Positions 24,823 through 36,885 of a stretch of 64,000 nt of DNA are shown piece after piece. Source of the stretch: Nemertoderma westbladi (lineage: Eukaryota; Animalia; Xenacoelomorpha); contig JAUCBJ010009109.1 in the NCBI GenBank assembly GCA_032718475.1, forward strand, positions 1 to 64,000, in the 5' to 3' direction. Position 1 is the stretch's first letter; each line of letters begins with the position of its first letter. The notes beneath the pieces were generated by a model. It was not told where the DNA came from. It ran no database searches and worked only from the letters and a program-made list of their open reading frames with translations. The position numbers and the translations under genes are program-made.

Positions 24823-25673
24823 AGTTGAGACTTTATGCAGCAGAGATTGCAGGTAGAATGGCGACAAGAAGTTGAGACTTTATGCAGCAGAGATTGCAGG
24901 TAGAATGGCGACAAGAAGTTGAGACTTTATGCAGCAGAGATTGCAGGTAGAATGGCGACAAGAAGTTGAGACTTTATGCAGCAGAGATTGCAGGTAGAAT
25001 GGCGACAAGAAGTTGAGACTTTATGCAGCAGAGATTGCAGGTAGAATGGCGACAAGAAGTTGAGACTTTATGCAGCAGAGATTGCAGGTAGAATGGCGAC
25101 AAGAAGTTGAGACTTTATGCAGCAGAGATTGCAGGTAGAATGGCGACAAGAAGTTGAGACTTTATGCAGCAGAGATTGCAGGTAGAATGGCGACAAGAAG
25201 TTGAGACTTTATGCAGCAGAGATTGCAGGTAGAATGGCGACAAGAAGTTGAGACTTTATGCAGCAGAGATTGCAGGTAGAATGGCGACAAGAAGTTGAGA
25301 CTTTATGCAGCAGAGATTGCAGGTAGAATGGCGACAAGAAGTTGAGACTTTATGCAGCAGAGATTGCAGGTAGAATGGCGACAAGAAGTTGAGACTTTAT
25401 GCAGCAGAGATTGCAGGTAGAATGGCGACAAGAAGTTGAGACTTTATGCAGCAGAGATTGCAGGTAGAATGGCGACAAGAAGTTGAGACTTTATGCAGCA
25501 GAGATTGCAGGTAGAATGGCGACAAGAAGTTGAGACTTTATGCAGCAGAGATTGCAGGTAGAATGGCGACAAGAAGTTGAGACTTTATGCAGCAGAGATT
25601 GCAGGTAGAATGGCGACAAGAAGTTGAGACTTTATGCAGCAGAGATTGCAGGTAGAATGGCGACAAGAAGTTG
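24823..25673. repeat. 47-bp tandem repeat, 18 apparently identical copies
   Basis: Unit agttgagactttatgcagcagagattgcaggtagaatggcgacaaga. Confidence 0.98.
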
Positions 25674-25957
25674 TTACATTACGTTATAAATTACAATATA
25701 ATTAAATTATTAATAATAACTAATAATGAGATATTCTTCTGGTTACAATAAATTAAACAATAATAAATAATATTATTATCAATTATTAATTTTTACCAAA
25801 TAAAACGTCGACAAATTGTATTATGAGAAAATTAGCCGCATTAATAACAATGTCAATTATTTAATCATTTCAGATTCATATTGTTTGACTGATAAAATAA
25901 TAATAAAAACTAGAAAAAATATTGTAAAACTGTATCAAAAGAAAAAATAAAAGGAGG

Positions 25958-26178
25958 TCAGAGAACTTGGGAGTTTAGCCGAGGTGGGAGTGGTGGTACA
26001 CTGAATGTGGAAGTGTTGGAGGCCGTGTCCCAAGTAGGTTTATCTGTCTGTCCGCTACTCCATGGGTTACTGTGTCCGGGTGCAGCAGCACTGCGTGAAC
26101 GTTGGGGTGAATTAGAAACTCCACCATGTTGTTCATTAGGTAACGAAGCAGAAGGGCGGGAAAATTGATTTATCGCAC
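25958..26178 (-). CDS. MAGI: MAGI-family gene, terminal coding exon (low-complexity tail ending PPLPPRLNSQVL*)
   Basis: tttttatcag| acceptor, phase 1 matching the previous exon, open for 72 codons to TGA at 25960-25958. Confidence 0.75.
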
Positions 26179-26714
26179 CTGATAAAAATTAAATAAAGAG
26201 TTACTATATACCCTAAAATTAGTCAGCGTCAGATATGGAGGCATTATAAGAGTCTCAAGCCAACGAACGACCCGTGCGAAACGGACACTCGCGATGTACA
26301 GGGCGATACGTTAACCGATCAGTTAACTACATCATCTACATAAACTATCCTAAATTTACTTTATTCCAAAATTGTAACATTACTCAACGCCGTTAGTAAC
26401 AGCGAGTTGTTATTTAGCACTTTACAACTTTAGAGGACATTACAGCCTGTACATTAAGTGATATATTATTATGTTGTAATGTCCCAACAGAGCGACTTTA
26501 CAGTGCATCCATTCAATGCAAGTGAACCTGAAATTTGGGATCGTCATGGTTACCACATAAACAATAATTGGTATTTAGTATTAATTGCCTAACAGCCAGG
26601 TATGCATACTGTATTACCCGCCGGTAGCTATTAATTAAAATATCTCTTTGAATCACGTAGTGCGTTATTTTAACTACCTACAGTAATACGGATAGTAATA
26701 TAATCTCAGAACGG

Positions 26715-27772
26715 TTGGCGGCCCTCTTCACTACCAGCTGCACAGTGTCCCGTCCCCACCTACTCCCCACACTCACCAGTGACTCCCTTGGCGGCCCTCT
26801 TCACTTCCGGCTGCACAGTGTCCCGTCCCCACCTACTCCCCACACTCACCAGTGACTCCCTTGGCGGCCCTCTTCACTACCAGCTGCACAGTGTCCCGTC
26901 CCCACCTACTCCCCACACTCACCAGTGACTCCCTTGGCGGCCCTCTTCACTACCAGCTGCACAGTGTCCCGTCCCCACCTACTCCCCAGTGACTCCCTTG
27001 GCGGCCCTCTTCACTACCAGCTGCACAGTGTCCCGTCCCCACCTACTCCCCACACTCACCAGTGACTCCCTTGGCGTGACTCCCTTGGCGGCCATCTTCA
27101 CTACCAGCTGCACAGTGTCCCGTCCCCACCTACTCCCCACACTCACCAGTGACTCCCTTGGCGGCCCTCTTCACTACCAGCTGCACAGTGTCCCGTCCCC
27201 ACCTACTCCCCACACTCACCAGTGACTCCCTTGGCGGCCCTCTTCACTACCAGCTGCACAGTGTCCCGTCCCCACCTACTCCCCACACTCACCAGTGACT
27301 CCCTTGGCGGCCCTATTCACTACCAGCTGCACAGTGTCCCGTCCCCACCTACTCCCCTCACTCACCAGTGACTCCCTTGGCGGCCCTCTTCACTACCAGC
27401 TGCACAGTGTCCCGTCCCCACCTACTCCCCACACTCACCAGTGACTCCATTGGCGGCCCTCTTCACTACCAGCTGCACAGTGTCCCGACCCCACCTACTC
27501 CCTATACTGACCAGTGACTCCCTTGGCGGCCCTCTTCACTACCAGCTGCACAGTGTCCCGTCCCCACCTACTCCCCACACTCACCAGTGACTCCCTTGGC
27601 GGCCCTATTCACTACCAGCTGCACAGTGTCCCGCCCCCACCTACTCCCCACACTCACCAGTGACTCCCTTGGCAGCCCTCTTTACTACCAGCTGCACAGT
27701 ATCCCGTCCCCACCTACTCCCTACACTCACCAGTGACTCCCTTGGCGGCTCTCTTCACTACCAGCTGCACAG
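26715..27772. repeat. 73-bp array (~14.5 copies) = last ~42 nt of the MAGI exon + donor + ~31 nt of intron
   Basis: - strand unit ACTGTGCAGCTGGTAGTGAAGAGGGCCGCCAAGGGAGTCACTG|gtgagtgtggggagtaggtggggacgggac; the first copy overlaps the coding exon. Confidence 0.97.
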
Positions 27773-28021
27773 TCACCCCGCCTTGCCGGATTAGTTCGAT
27801 GGCCTCGCTGTGCAGCATGCCGCTGGCAGACACCCCGTTGATCTCCATGAGCTGGTCCCCCACGCGAATCCGACCGTCAGTCTGGGCCGGGCCCCCTTCC
27901 GCTATCCGCAGCACAAACAGCGGCATCCGTTGGAACTCACTGCCCCCACGGATGCTGAATCCGAACCCTCTGTCCCCCCGACTGAACTCAACGCTCAACG
28001 TTTCCTCTAGAGGTCCCGTCA
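27731..28021 (-). CDS. MAGI: MAGI-family gene, exon encoding the last PDZ domain
   Basis: SVEFSRGDRGFGFSIRGGSEFQRMPLFVLRIAEGGPAQTDGRIRVGDQLMEING matches the MAGI C-terminal PDZ pattern; tttcag| and CTG|gtgagt, 291 nt, phase 1-1. Confidence 0.92.
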
Positions 28022-28320
28022 CTGAAAACATAGAAAACAATAGGAAGTGTTAATAAAAAAAACAAGGGTGGGAAGAAGTGTCTTCCGAAATTCCGATCTC
28101 AAAAACATAAGCCAAATGTATTGTAAGTTTCAAGTCTCATATAATCTCACGAAGTTATTGGAATTCAAAAATGCATGTAAGCAGATACTTATATAAATAA
28201 ATGGAAGAGGATTGCATTGATTTTATGATGTAAACACATAACCAGTCCCACTTTCTGTTTACCCCCGTTACTGATGCGCGTGTACCTGAGGGAAGAGCGA
28301 CGTGTTAAGAGATTACTTAC

Positions 28321-28647
28321 AGGGACTGAGTGTCTTTAGAAGGGAGTTTGAATCTGATATATTACTTCTGATGTCGATGGAGGGCGCCTCTGTCAGGCTA
28401 GTTTCACTACCCGAACGTGGCTGTACCGGCAGCGCCAACGCAGACACCATGTCTGTACTCATGGAGGACACACTCCCGGGACCGAGAGGTGGCGCCGACG
28501 ATTCCCCTATCGTTAGGGTTACAGTCGAACCGGATTCCTTGACCAGCGCCACGATATCCGAGTGGTGGAGCGACATAACGTTGATTCCATTAACAGCTGT
28601 GACCTGGTCGCCCAGACGCAGCATACCGGACTGGGATGCAGGGGAAC
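28321..28647 (-). CDS. MAGI: MAGI-family gene, exon with second half of the penultimate PDZ domain plus linker
   Basis: GSPASQSGMLRLGDQVTAVNGINVMSLHHSDIVALVKESGSTVTLTI; gcttag| and CCT|gtaagt, 327 nt, phase 1-1. Confidence 0.92.
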
Positions 28648-28704
28648 CTAAGCAGACAATGTATTGTTATAGCAACGTAACAAAACAATGTAACCAGGGA
28701 TAGA

Positions 28705-31700
28705 GTACCTAACCTACCTTGGTACAACCACGATGTGAGTTGGTACCTAACCTACCTTGGTACAACCACGATGTGAGTTGGTACCTAACCTACCTTGGTT
28801 CAACCGACACGATATGAGTTGGTACCTAACCTACCTTGGTACAACCACGATGTGAGTTGGTACCTAACCTACCTTGGTTCAACCGACACGATATGAGTTG
28901 GTACCTAACCTACCTTGGTACAACCGACACGATGTGAGTTGGTACCTAACCTACCTTGGTACAACCGACACGATGTGAGTTGGTACCTAACCTACCTTGG
29001 TACAACCACGATGTGAGTTGGTACCTAACCTACCTTGGTTCAACCGACACGATGTGAGTTGGTACCTAACCTACCTTGGTACAACCACGATGTGAGTTGG
29101 TACCTAACCTACCTTGGTTCAACCGACACGATATGAGTTGGTACCTAACCTACCTTGGTACAACCGACACGATGTGAGTTGGTACCTAACCTACCTTGGT
29201 ACAACCGACACGATGTGAGTTGGTACCTAACCTACCTTGGTACAACCACGATGTGAGTTGGTACCTAACCTACCTTGGTTCAACCGACACGATGTGAGTT
29301 GGTACCTAACCTACCTTGGTACAACCGACACGATGTGAGTTGCTACCTAACCTACCTCTACAACCACGATGTGAGTTGGTACCTAACCTACCTTGGTACA
29401 ACCACGATGTGAGTTGGTACCTAACCTACCTTGGTTCAACCGACACGATGTGAGTTGGAACCTAACCTACCTTGGTACAACCACGATGTGAGTTGGTACC
29501 TAACCTACGTTGGTACAACCACGATGTGAGTTGGTACCTAACCTATCTTGGTACAACCGACACGATGTGAGTTGGTACCTAACCTACCTTGGTACAACCG
29601 ACCGATCCTGGTTCCGCCGCCTCTATTGGACGAGGACACGAGTTGGTACCTAACCCACCTTGGTACAACCGACAGATCCTGGTTCCGCCGCCTCTATTGG
29701 ACGAGGACACGAGTTGGTACCTAACCTACCTTGGTTCAACCGACACGATGTGAGTTGGTACTTAACCTACCTTGGTACAACCGACAGATCCTAGTTCCGC
29801 CGCCTCTATTGGACGAGGACACGAGTTGGTACCTAACCTACCTTGGTACAACCGACAGATCCTGGTTCCGCCGCCTCTATTTGACGAGGACACGAGTTGG
29901 TACCTAACCTACCTTGGTACAACCGACAGATCCTGGTTCCGCCGCCTCTATTGGACGAGGACACGAGTTGGTACCTAACCTACCTTGGTTTAACCGACAG
30001 ATCCTGGTTCTGCCGCCTCTATTGGACGAGGACACTAGTTGGCACCTAACCTACCCTGGTTCAACCGTCAGATCCTGGTTCCGCCGCCTCTATTGGACGA
30101 GGACACGAGTTGGTACCTAACCCACCTTGGTACAACCGACAGATCCTGGTTCCGCCGCCTCTATTGGACGAGGACACGAGTTGGTACCTAACCTACCTTG
30201 GTTCAACCGACACGATGTGAGTTGGTACCTAACCTACCTTGGTACAACCGACAGATCCTAGTTCCGCCGCCTCTATTGGACGAGGACACGAGTTGGTACC
30301 TAACCTACCTTGGTACAACCGACAGATCCTGGTTCCGCCGCCTCTATTGGACGAGGACACGAGTTGGTACCTAACCTACCTTGGTTTAACCGACAGATCC
30401 TGGTTCCACCGCCTCTATTTGACGAGGACACGAGTTGGTACCTAACCTACCTTGGTACAACCGACAGATCCTGGTTCCGCCGCCTCTATTGGACGAGGAC
30501 ACGAGTTGGTACCTAACCTACCTTGGTTTAACCGACAGATCCTGGTTCTGCCGCCTCTATTGGACGAGGACACTAGTTGGCACCTAACCTACCCTGGTTC
30601 AACCGTCAGATCCTGGTTCCGCCGCCTCTATTGGACGAGGACACGAGTTGGTACCTAACCTACTTTTGTTTAACCGACAGATCCTGGTTCCGCCGCCTCT
30701 ATTGGACGAGGACACGAGTTGGTACCTAACCTACCTTGGTTTAACCGACAGATCCTGGTTCCGCCGCCTCTATTGGACGAGGACACGAGTTGGTACCTAA
30801 CCTACCTTGGTACAACCGACAGATCCTGGTTCCGCCGCCTCTATTGGACGAGGACACGAGTTGGTACCTAACCTACCTTGGTTTAACCGACAGATCCTGG
30901 TTCCGCCGCCTCTATTGGACGAGGACACGAGTTGGTACCTAACCTACCCTGGTTCAAACGTCAGATCCTGGTTCCGCCGCCTCCATTGGACGAGGACACG
31001 AGTTGGTACCTAACCTACCTTGGTTCAACCGACAGATCCTGGTGGTTCCGCCGCCTCTATTGGACGAGGACACGAGTTGGTACCTAACCTACCTTGGTTC
31101 AACCGACAGATCCTGGTTCCGCCGCCTCTATTGGACGAGGACACGAGTTGGTACCTAACCTACCTTGGTTTAACCGACAGATCCTGGTTCCGCCGCCTCT
31201 ATTGGATGAGGACACGAGTTGGTACCTAACCTACCTTGGTTTAACCGACAGATCCTGGTTCCGCCGCCTCTATTGGACAAGGACACGAGTTGGTTCCTAA
31301 CCTACCTTGGTTCAACCGACAGATCCTGGTTCCGCCGCCTCTATTAGACGAGGACACGAGTTGGTACCTAACCTACCTTGGTTCAACCGACAGATCCTGG
31401 TTCCGCCGCCTCTATTGGATGAGGACACGAGTTGGTACCTAACCTACCTTGGTTTAACCGACAGATCCTGGTTCCGCCGCCTCTATTGGACAAGGACACG
31501 AGTTGGTTCCTAACCTACCTTGGTTCAACCGACAGATCCTGGTTCCGCCGCCTCTATTGGATGAGGACACGAGTTGGTACCTAACCTACCTTGGTTTAAC
31601 CGACAGATCCTGGTTCCGCCGCCTCTATTGGATGAGGACACGAGTTGGTACCTAACCTACCTTGGTTCAACCGACAGATCCTGGTTCCGCCGCCTCTATT

Positions 31701-32282
31701 GGATGAGGACACGAGTTGGTACCTAACCTACCTTGGTTTAACCGACAGATCCTGGTTCCGCCGCCTCTATTGGATGAGGACACGAGTTGGTACCTAACCT
31801 ACCTTGGTTTAACCGACAGATCCTGGTTCCGCCGCCTCTATTGGATGAGGACACGAGTTGGTACCTAACCTACCTTGGTTCAACCGACAGATCCTGGTTC
31901 CGCCGCCTCTATTGGATGAGGACACGAGTTGGTACCTAACCTACCTTGGTTTAACCGACAGATCCTGGTTCCGCCGCCTCTATTGGACAAGGACACGAGT
32001 TGGTTCCTAACCTACCTTGGTTCAACCGACAGATCCTGGTTCCGCCGCCTCTATTGGATGAGGACACGAGTTGGTACCTAACCTACCTTGGTTTAACCGA
32101 CAGATCCTGGTTCCGCCGCCTCTATTGGATGAGGACACGAGTTGGTACCTAACCTACCTTGGTTTAACCGACAGATCCTGGTTCCGCCGCCTCTATTGGA
32201 TGAGGACACGAGTTGGTACCTAACCTACCTTGGTTTAACCGACAGATCCTGGTTCCGCCGCCTCTATTGGACGAGGACACGA
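28705..32282. repeat. Composite array: 71-bp units (exon end + donor), changing to 41/38-bp internally deleted units toward the acceptor
   Basis: - strand unit TCGTGTCCTCGTCCAATAGAGGCGGCGGAACCAGGATCTGTCGGTTAAACCAAG|gtaggttaggtaccaac. Short units at 28705-29600 keep CCAAG|gtaggttaggtac. Confidence 0.97.
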
Positions 32283-32393
32283 TAACGAAACCAAATCCTT
32301 CGAACTCATTACGTTGGATTTTCACGTTAAATGGGAATTGTCGGCATTCTGGCAGGTCGAATGATGTCGACGGACTTAGCGATTCTGCCATGT
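32229..32393 (-). CDS. MAGI: MAGI-family gene, exon with first half of the penultimate PDZ domain
   Basis: FPFNVKIQRNEFEGFGFVIVSSSNRGGGTRICRLNQG; atttcag| and AAG|gtaggt, 165 nt, phase 1-1. Confidence 0.9.
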
Positions 32394-32663
32394 CTGAAAT
32401 AAAACGATTAACAAATTGTTGTTAACAATTAATAATACAGCTGGATAGTCCGCAGTTCTAATTGTAACGAGTTCCAAGTACACACTTTATTTGTAAATGT
32501 ACCAATTTAAGAGTACTCGGGACTATGTACTAGGGGGGGCCTCTATTCCATTGTAAAGTTTGTACTTTTTTCTTTCCATCTTAGTCGTAATTTCTTTTTT
32601 AGTCAAATATTGAATCTCCTTCATTATTTATTTCATCCCTATCTCATCTACAGATTTGCAGAT

Positions 32664-32742
32664 TTGCAACCCAGACTTGCAACCCAGACTTGCAACCCAG
32701 ACTTGCACCCAGACTTGCAACCCAGACTTGCAACCCAGACTT
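32664..32742. repeat. 13-bp tandem repeat, ~6 copies, intronic
   Basis: ttgcaacccagac is repeated. Confidence 0.9.
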
Positions 32743-33002
32743 CAATTTCATTTACATCTACCGTATCATGTCTATATTTTCAGTTTCAAAAAAATCTTTG
32801 ATTTTATTCATTTTATGTTATACTTATTTTAATATGTATTTTAAACGGATTTAATTAAATATAAATGATAAAAAATTCACGAAAAAAATACCCAAATTCA
32901 ATAAAAACAAATTCCACTTCGCTGTTTTTATTTCATTTTGAAAGACATCTTCCAGAATCTAGAAGCTGTTTTCCTACCAACTACAATTATCAGTTTGTGT
33001 AC

Positions 33003-33182
33003 CTTTTGTTTCGGGATTAACTGACTCTTTTCGACGAATACCGAGCGTCACCCGACCAGCCATCGCGGCTTTCCCCATCAGTGATACAACTTTATGGTGG
33101 GAAGCGCCAATAACGGAGCTTCCGTCAACGTACAATAGATCGTCGCCGGTGTGAAGTCTACCGTCCAACTCAGCCGCCCCAC
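33003..33182 (-). CDS. MAGI: MAGI-family gene, exon with second half of the third-from-last PDZ domain
   Basis: GGAAELDGRLHTGDDLLYVDGSSVIGASHHKVVSLMGKAAMAGRVTLGIRRK; tcccag| and AAG|gtacac, 180 nt, phase 1-1. Confidence 0.92.
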
Positions 33183-33220
33183 CTGGGACAATAGCACCGA
33201 TGGATACCTAAAGGTATTAA

Positions 33221-36200
33221 ATAATAAGGGAGAGACAGATAGCCAATAACAAGGGAGGGATAAAAGCCAATGATAAGGGGGGGATAAATAGCCAATAATA
33301 AGGGAGGGATAAAAGCCAATGATAAGGGAGGGATAAAAGCCAATGATAAGGGAGGGATAGATAACCAATAATAAGGGAGGGATAAAAGCCAATGATAAGG
33401 GAGGGATAAATAGCCAATGATAAGGGAGGGATAGATAACCAATAATAAGGGAGGGATAGATAGCCAATAATAAGGGAGAGATAAATAGCCAATGATAAGG
33501 GAGGGATAGATAACCAATAATAAGGGAGGGATAGATAGCCAATAATAAGGGAGAGATAAATAGCCAATGATAAGGGAGAGATAGATAGCCAATAATAAGG
33601 GAGGGATAAAAGCCAATGATAAGGGAGGGATAAATAGCCAATGATAAGGGAGGGATAGATAACCAATAATAAGGGAGGGATAGATAGCCAATAATAAGGG
33701 AGAGATAAATAGCCAATGATAAGGGAGAGATAGATAGCCAATAATAAGGGAGGGATAGATAGCCAATAATAAGGGAGGGATAGATAGCCAATAATAAGGG
33801 AGGGATAGATAGCCAATAATAAGGGAGGGATAGATAGCCAATGATAAGGGAGAGATAGATAGCCAATAATAAGGGAGAGATAGATAGTCAATAATAAGGG
33901 AGGGATAGATAGCCAATAATAAGGGAGGGATAGATAGCCAATGATAAGGGAGGGATAGATAGCCAATAATAAGGGAGGGATAGATAGCCAATAATAAGGG
34001 AGGGATAGATAGCCAATGATAAGTGGAGATAGATAGCCAGTAATAAGGGGATAGATAGCCAGTAATAAGGGAGAGATAGATAGCCAATAATAAGGGAGGG
34101 ATAAAAGCCAATGATAAGGGGGGGAAAAATAGCCAATGATAAGGGAGGGATAGATAGCCAATAATAAGGGAGGGATAGATAGCCAATAATAAGGGAGAGA
34201 TAGATAGCCAATAATAAGGGAGGGATAGATAGCCAATAATAAGGGAGGGATAGATAGCCAATGATAAGGGAGGGATAGATAGCCCAAAATAAGGGAGGGA
34301 TAGATAGCCAATAATAAGGGAGGGATAGATAGCCAATGATAAGGGAGAGATAGATAGCCAATAATAAGGGAGGGATAGATAGCCAATAATAAGGGAGGGA
34401 TAGATAGCCAATAATAAGGGAGGGATAGATAGCCAATAATAAGGGAGGGATAGATAGCCAATAATAAGGGAGAGATAGATAGCCAATAACAAGGGAGGGA
34501 TAAAAGCCAATGATAAGGGGGGGATAAATAGCCAATGATAAGGGAGGGATAGATAGCCAATAATAAGGGAGGGATAGATAGCCAATAATAAGGGAGAGAT
34601 AGATAGCCAATAATAAGGGAGGGATAGATAGCCAATAATAAGGGAGGGATAGATAGCCAATAATAAGGGAGGGATGGATAGCCAATGATAAGTGGAGATA
34701 GATAGCCAATAACAAGGGAGGGATAAAAGCCAATGATAAGGGGGGGAAAAATAGCCAATGATAAGGGAGGGATAGATAACCAATAATAAGGGAGGGATAG
34801 ATAGCCAATAATAAGGGAGAGATAAATAGCCAATGATAAGGGAGGGATGGATAGCCAATGATAAGGGAGAGATAAATAGCCAATAATAAGGGAGAGATAA
34901 ATAGCCAATAATAAGGGAGGGATAGATAGCCAATAATAAGGGAGGGATAGATAGCCAATAATAAGGGGAGATAGATAGCCAATAATAAGGGAGGGATAGT
35001 TAGCCAATGATAAGGGAGGGATAGATAGCCAATGATAAGGGAGGGATAGATAGCCAATGATAAGGGAGAGATAGATAGCCAATGATAAGGGAGAGATAGA
35101 TAGCCAATGATAAGGGAGAGATAAATAGCCAATAATAAGGGAGGGATAGATAGCCAATGATAAGGGAGGGATAAATAGCCAATAATAAGGGAGGGATAGA
35201 TAGCCAATGATAAGGGAGGGATAGATAGCCAATGATAAGGGAGGGATAAATAGCCAATGATAAGAGAGGGATAGATAGCCAATAATAAGGGAGAGATAGA
35301 TAGCCAATGATAAGGGAGAGATAAATAGCCAATAATAAGGGAGGGATAGATAGCCAATGATAAGGGAGGGATAAATAGCCAATGATAAGAGAGGGATAGA
35401 TAGCCAATAATAAGGGAGAGATAGATAACCAATGATAAGGGAGAGATAGATAGCCAATAATAAGGGAGGGATAAATAGCCAATGATAAGGGAGAGATAAA
35501 TAGCCAATAATAAGGGAGGGATAGATAGCCAATAATAAGGGAGGTATAGATAGCCAATAATAAGGGAGGGATAGATAGCCAATAATAAGGGAGGGATAGA
35601 TAGCCAATAATAAGGGAGGGATAGATAGCCAATAATAAGGGAGGGATAGATAGCCAATAATAAGGGAGAGATAGATAGCCAATAATAAGGGAGGGATAGA
35701 TAGCCAATGATAAGGGAGGGATAGATAGCCAATAATAAGGGAGGGATAGATAGCCAATAATAAGGGAGAGATAGATAGCCAATAATAAGGGAGGGATAGA
35801 TAGCCAATGATAAGGGAGGGATAGATAGCCAATGATAAGGGAGAGATAGATAGCCAATGATAAGGGAGAGATAGATAGCCAATGATAAGGGAGAGATAGA
35901 TAGCCAATAATAAGGGAGGGATAGATAGCCAATGATAAGGGAGGGATAGATAGCCAATAATAAGGGAGGGATAGATAGCCAATAATAAGGGAGGGATAGA
36001 TAGCCAATAATAAGGGAGGGATAGATAGCCAATAATAAGGGAGAGATAGATAGCCAATAATAAGGGAGGGATAGATAGCCAATAATAAGGGAGGGATAGA
36101 TAGCCAATAATAAGGGAGGGATAGATAGCCAATAATAAGGGAGGGATAGATAGCCAATAATAAGGGAGAGATAGATAGCCAATAATAAGGGAGGGATAGA

Positions 36201-36885
36201 TAGCCAATAATAAGGGATGGATGGATAGCCAATGATAAGGGAGGGATGGATAGCCAATGATAAGGGAGAGATAGATAGCCAATAATAAGGGAGGGATAGA
36301 TAGCCAATAATAAGGGAGGGATGGATAGCCAATGATAAGGGAGGGATGGATAGCCAATGATAAGGGAGGGATAGATAGCCAATAATAAGGGAGGGATAGA
36401 TAGCCAATAATAAGGGAGGGATAGATAGCCAATAATAAGGGAGGGATGGATAGCCAATGATAAGGGAGAGATAGATAGCCAATAATAAGGGAGGGATAGA
36501 TAGCCAATAATAAGGGATGGATGGATAGCCAATGATAAGGGAGGGATGGATAGCCAATGATAAGGGAGAGATAGATAGCCAATAATAAGGGAGGGATAGA
36601 TAGCCAATAATAAGGGAGGGATGGATAGCCAATGATAAGGGAGGGATGGATAGCCAATGATAAGGGAGAGATAGATAGCCAATAATAAGGGAGGGATAGA
36701 TAGCCAATGATAAGGGAGGGATAGATAGCCAATAATAAGGGAGGGATAGATAGCCAATAATAAGGGAGGGATAGATAGCCAATAATAAGGGGAGATAGAT
36801 AGCCAATGATAAGGGAGGGATAGATAGCCAATAATAAGTTAGGGATAGATAGCCAATAATAAGGGAGGGATGGATAGCCAATAAT
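33221..36885. repeat. 25-bp purine-rich minisatellite (~147 copies) ending ~35 nt from a MAGI acceptor
   Basis: Unit agccaataataagggagggatagat. Confidence 0.98.

Noticed and set aside
25958-25975. C-terminal PDZ-binding motif in MAGI tail (SQVL)
   Set aside because: Position -2 is Gln, which does not fit class I or class II consensus.
26240-26335. Degenerate tRNA-derived SINE on - strand
   Set aside because: The A box is only loosely similar and the B box does not match; too weak to call.
29772-31513. Series of 68-aa + strand ORFs; also the idea of a cassette of alternative mini-exons
   Set aside because: The ORFs are antisense readings of the 71-bp unit. The units lack a polypyrimidine tract and acceptor before the exon-derived part, so mutually exclusive exons are unsupported.
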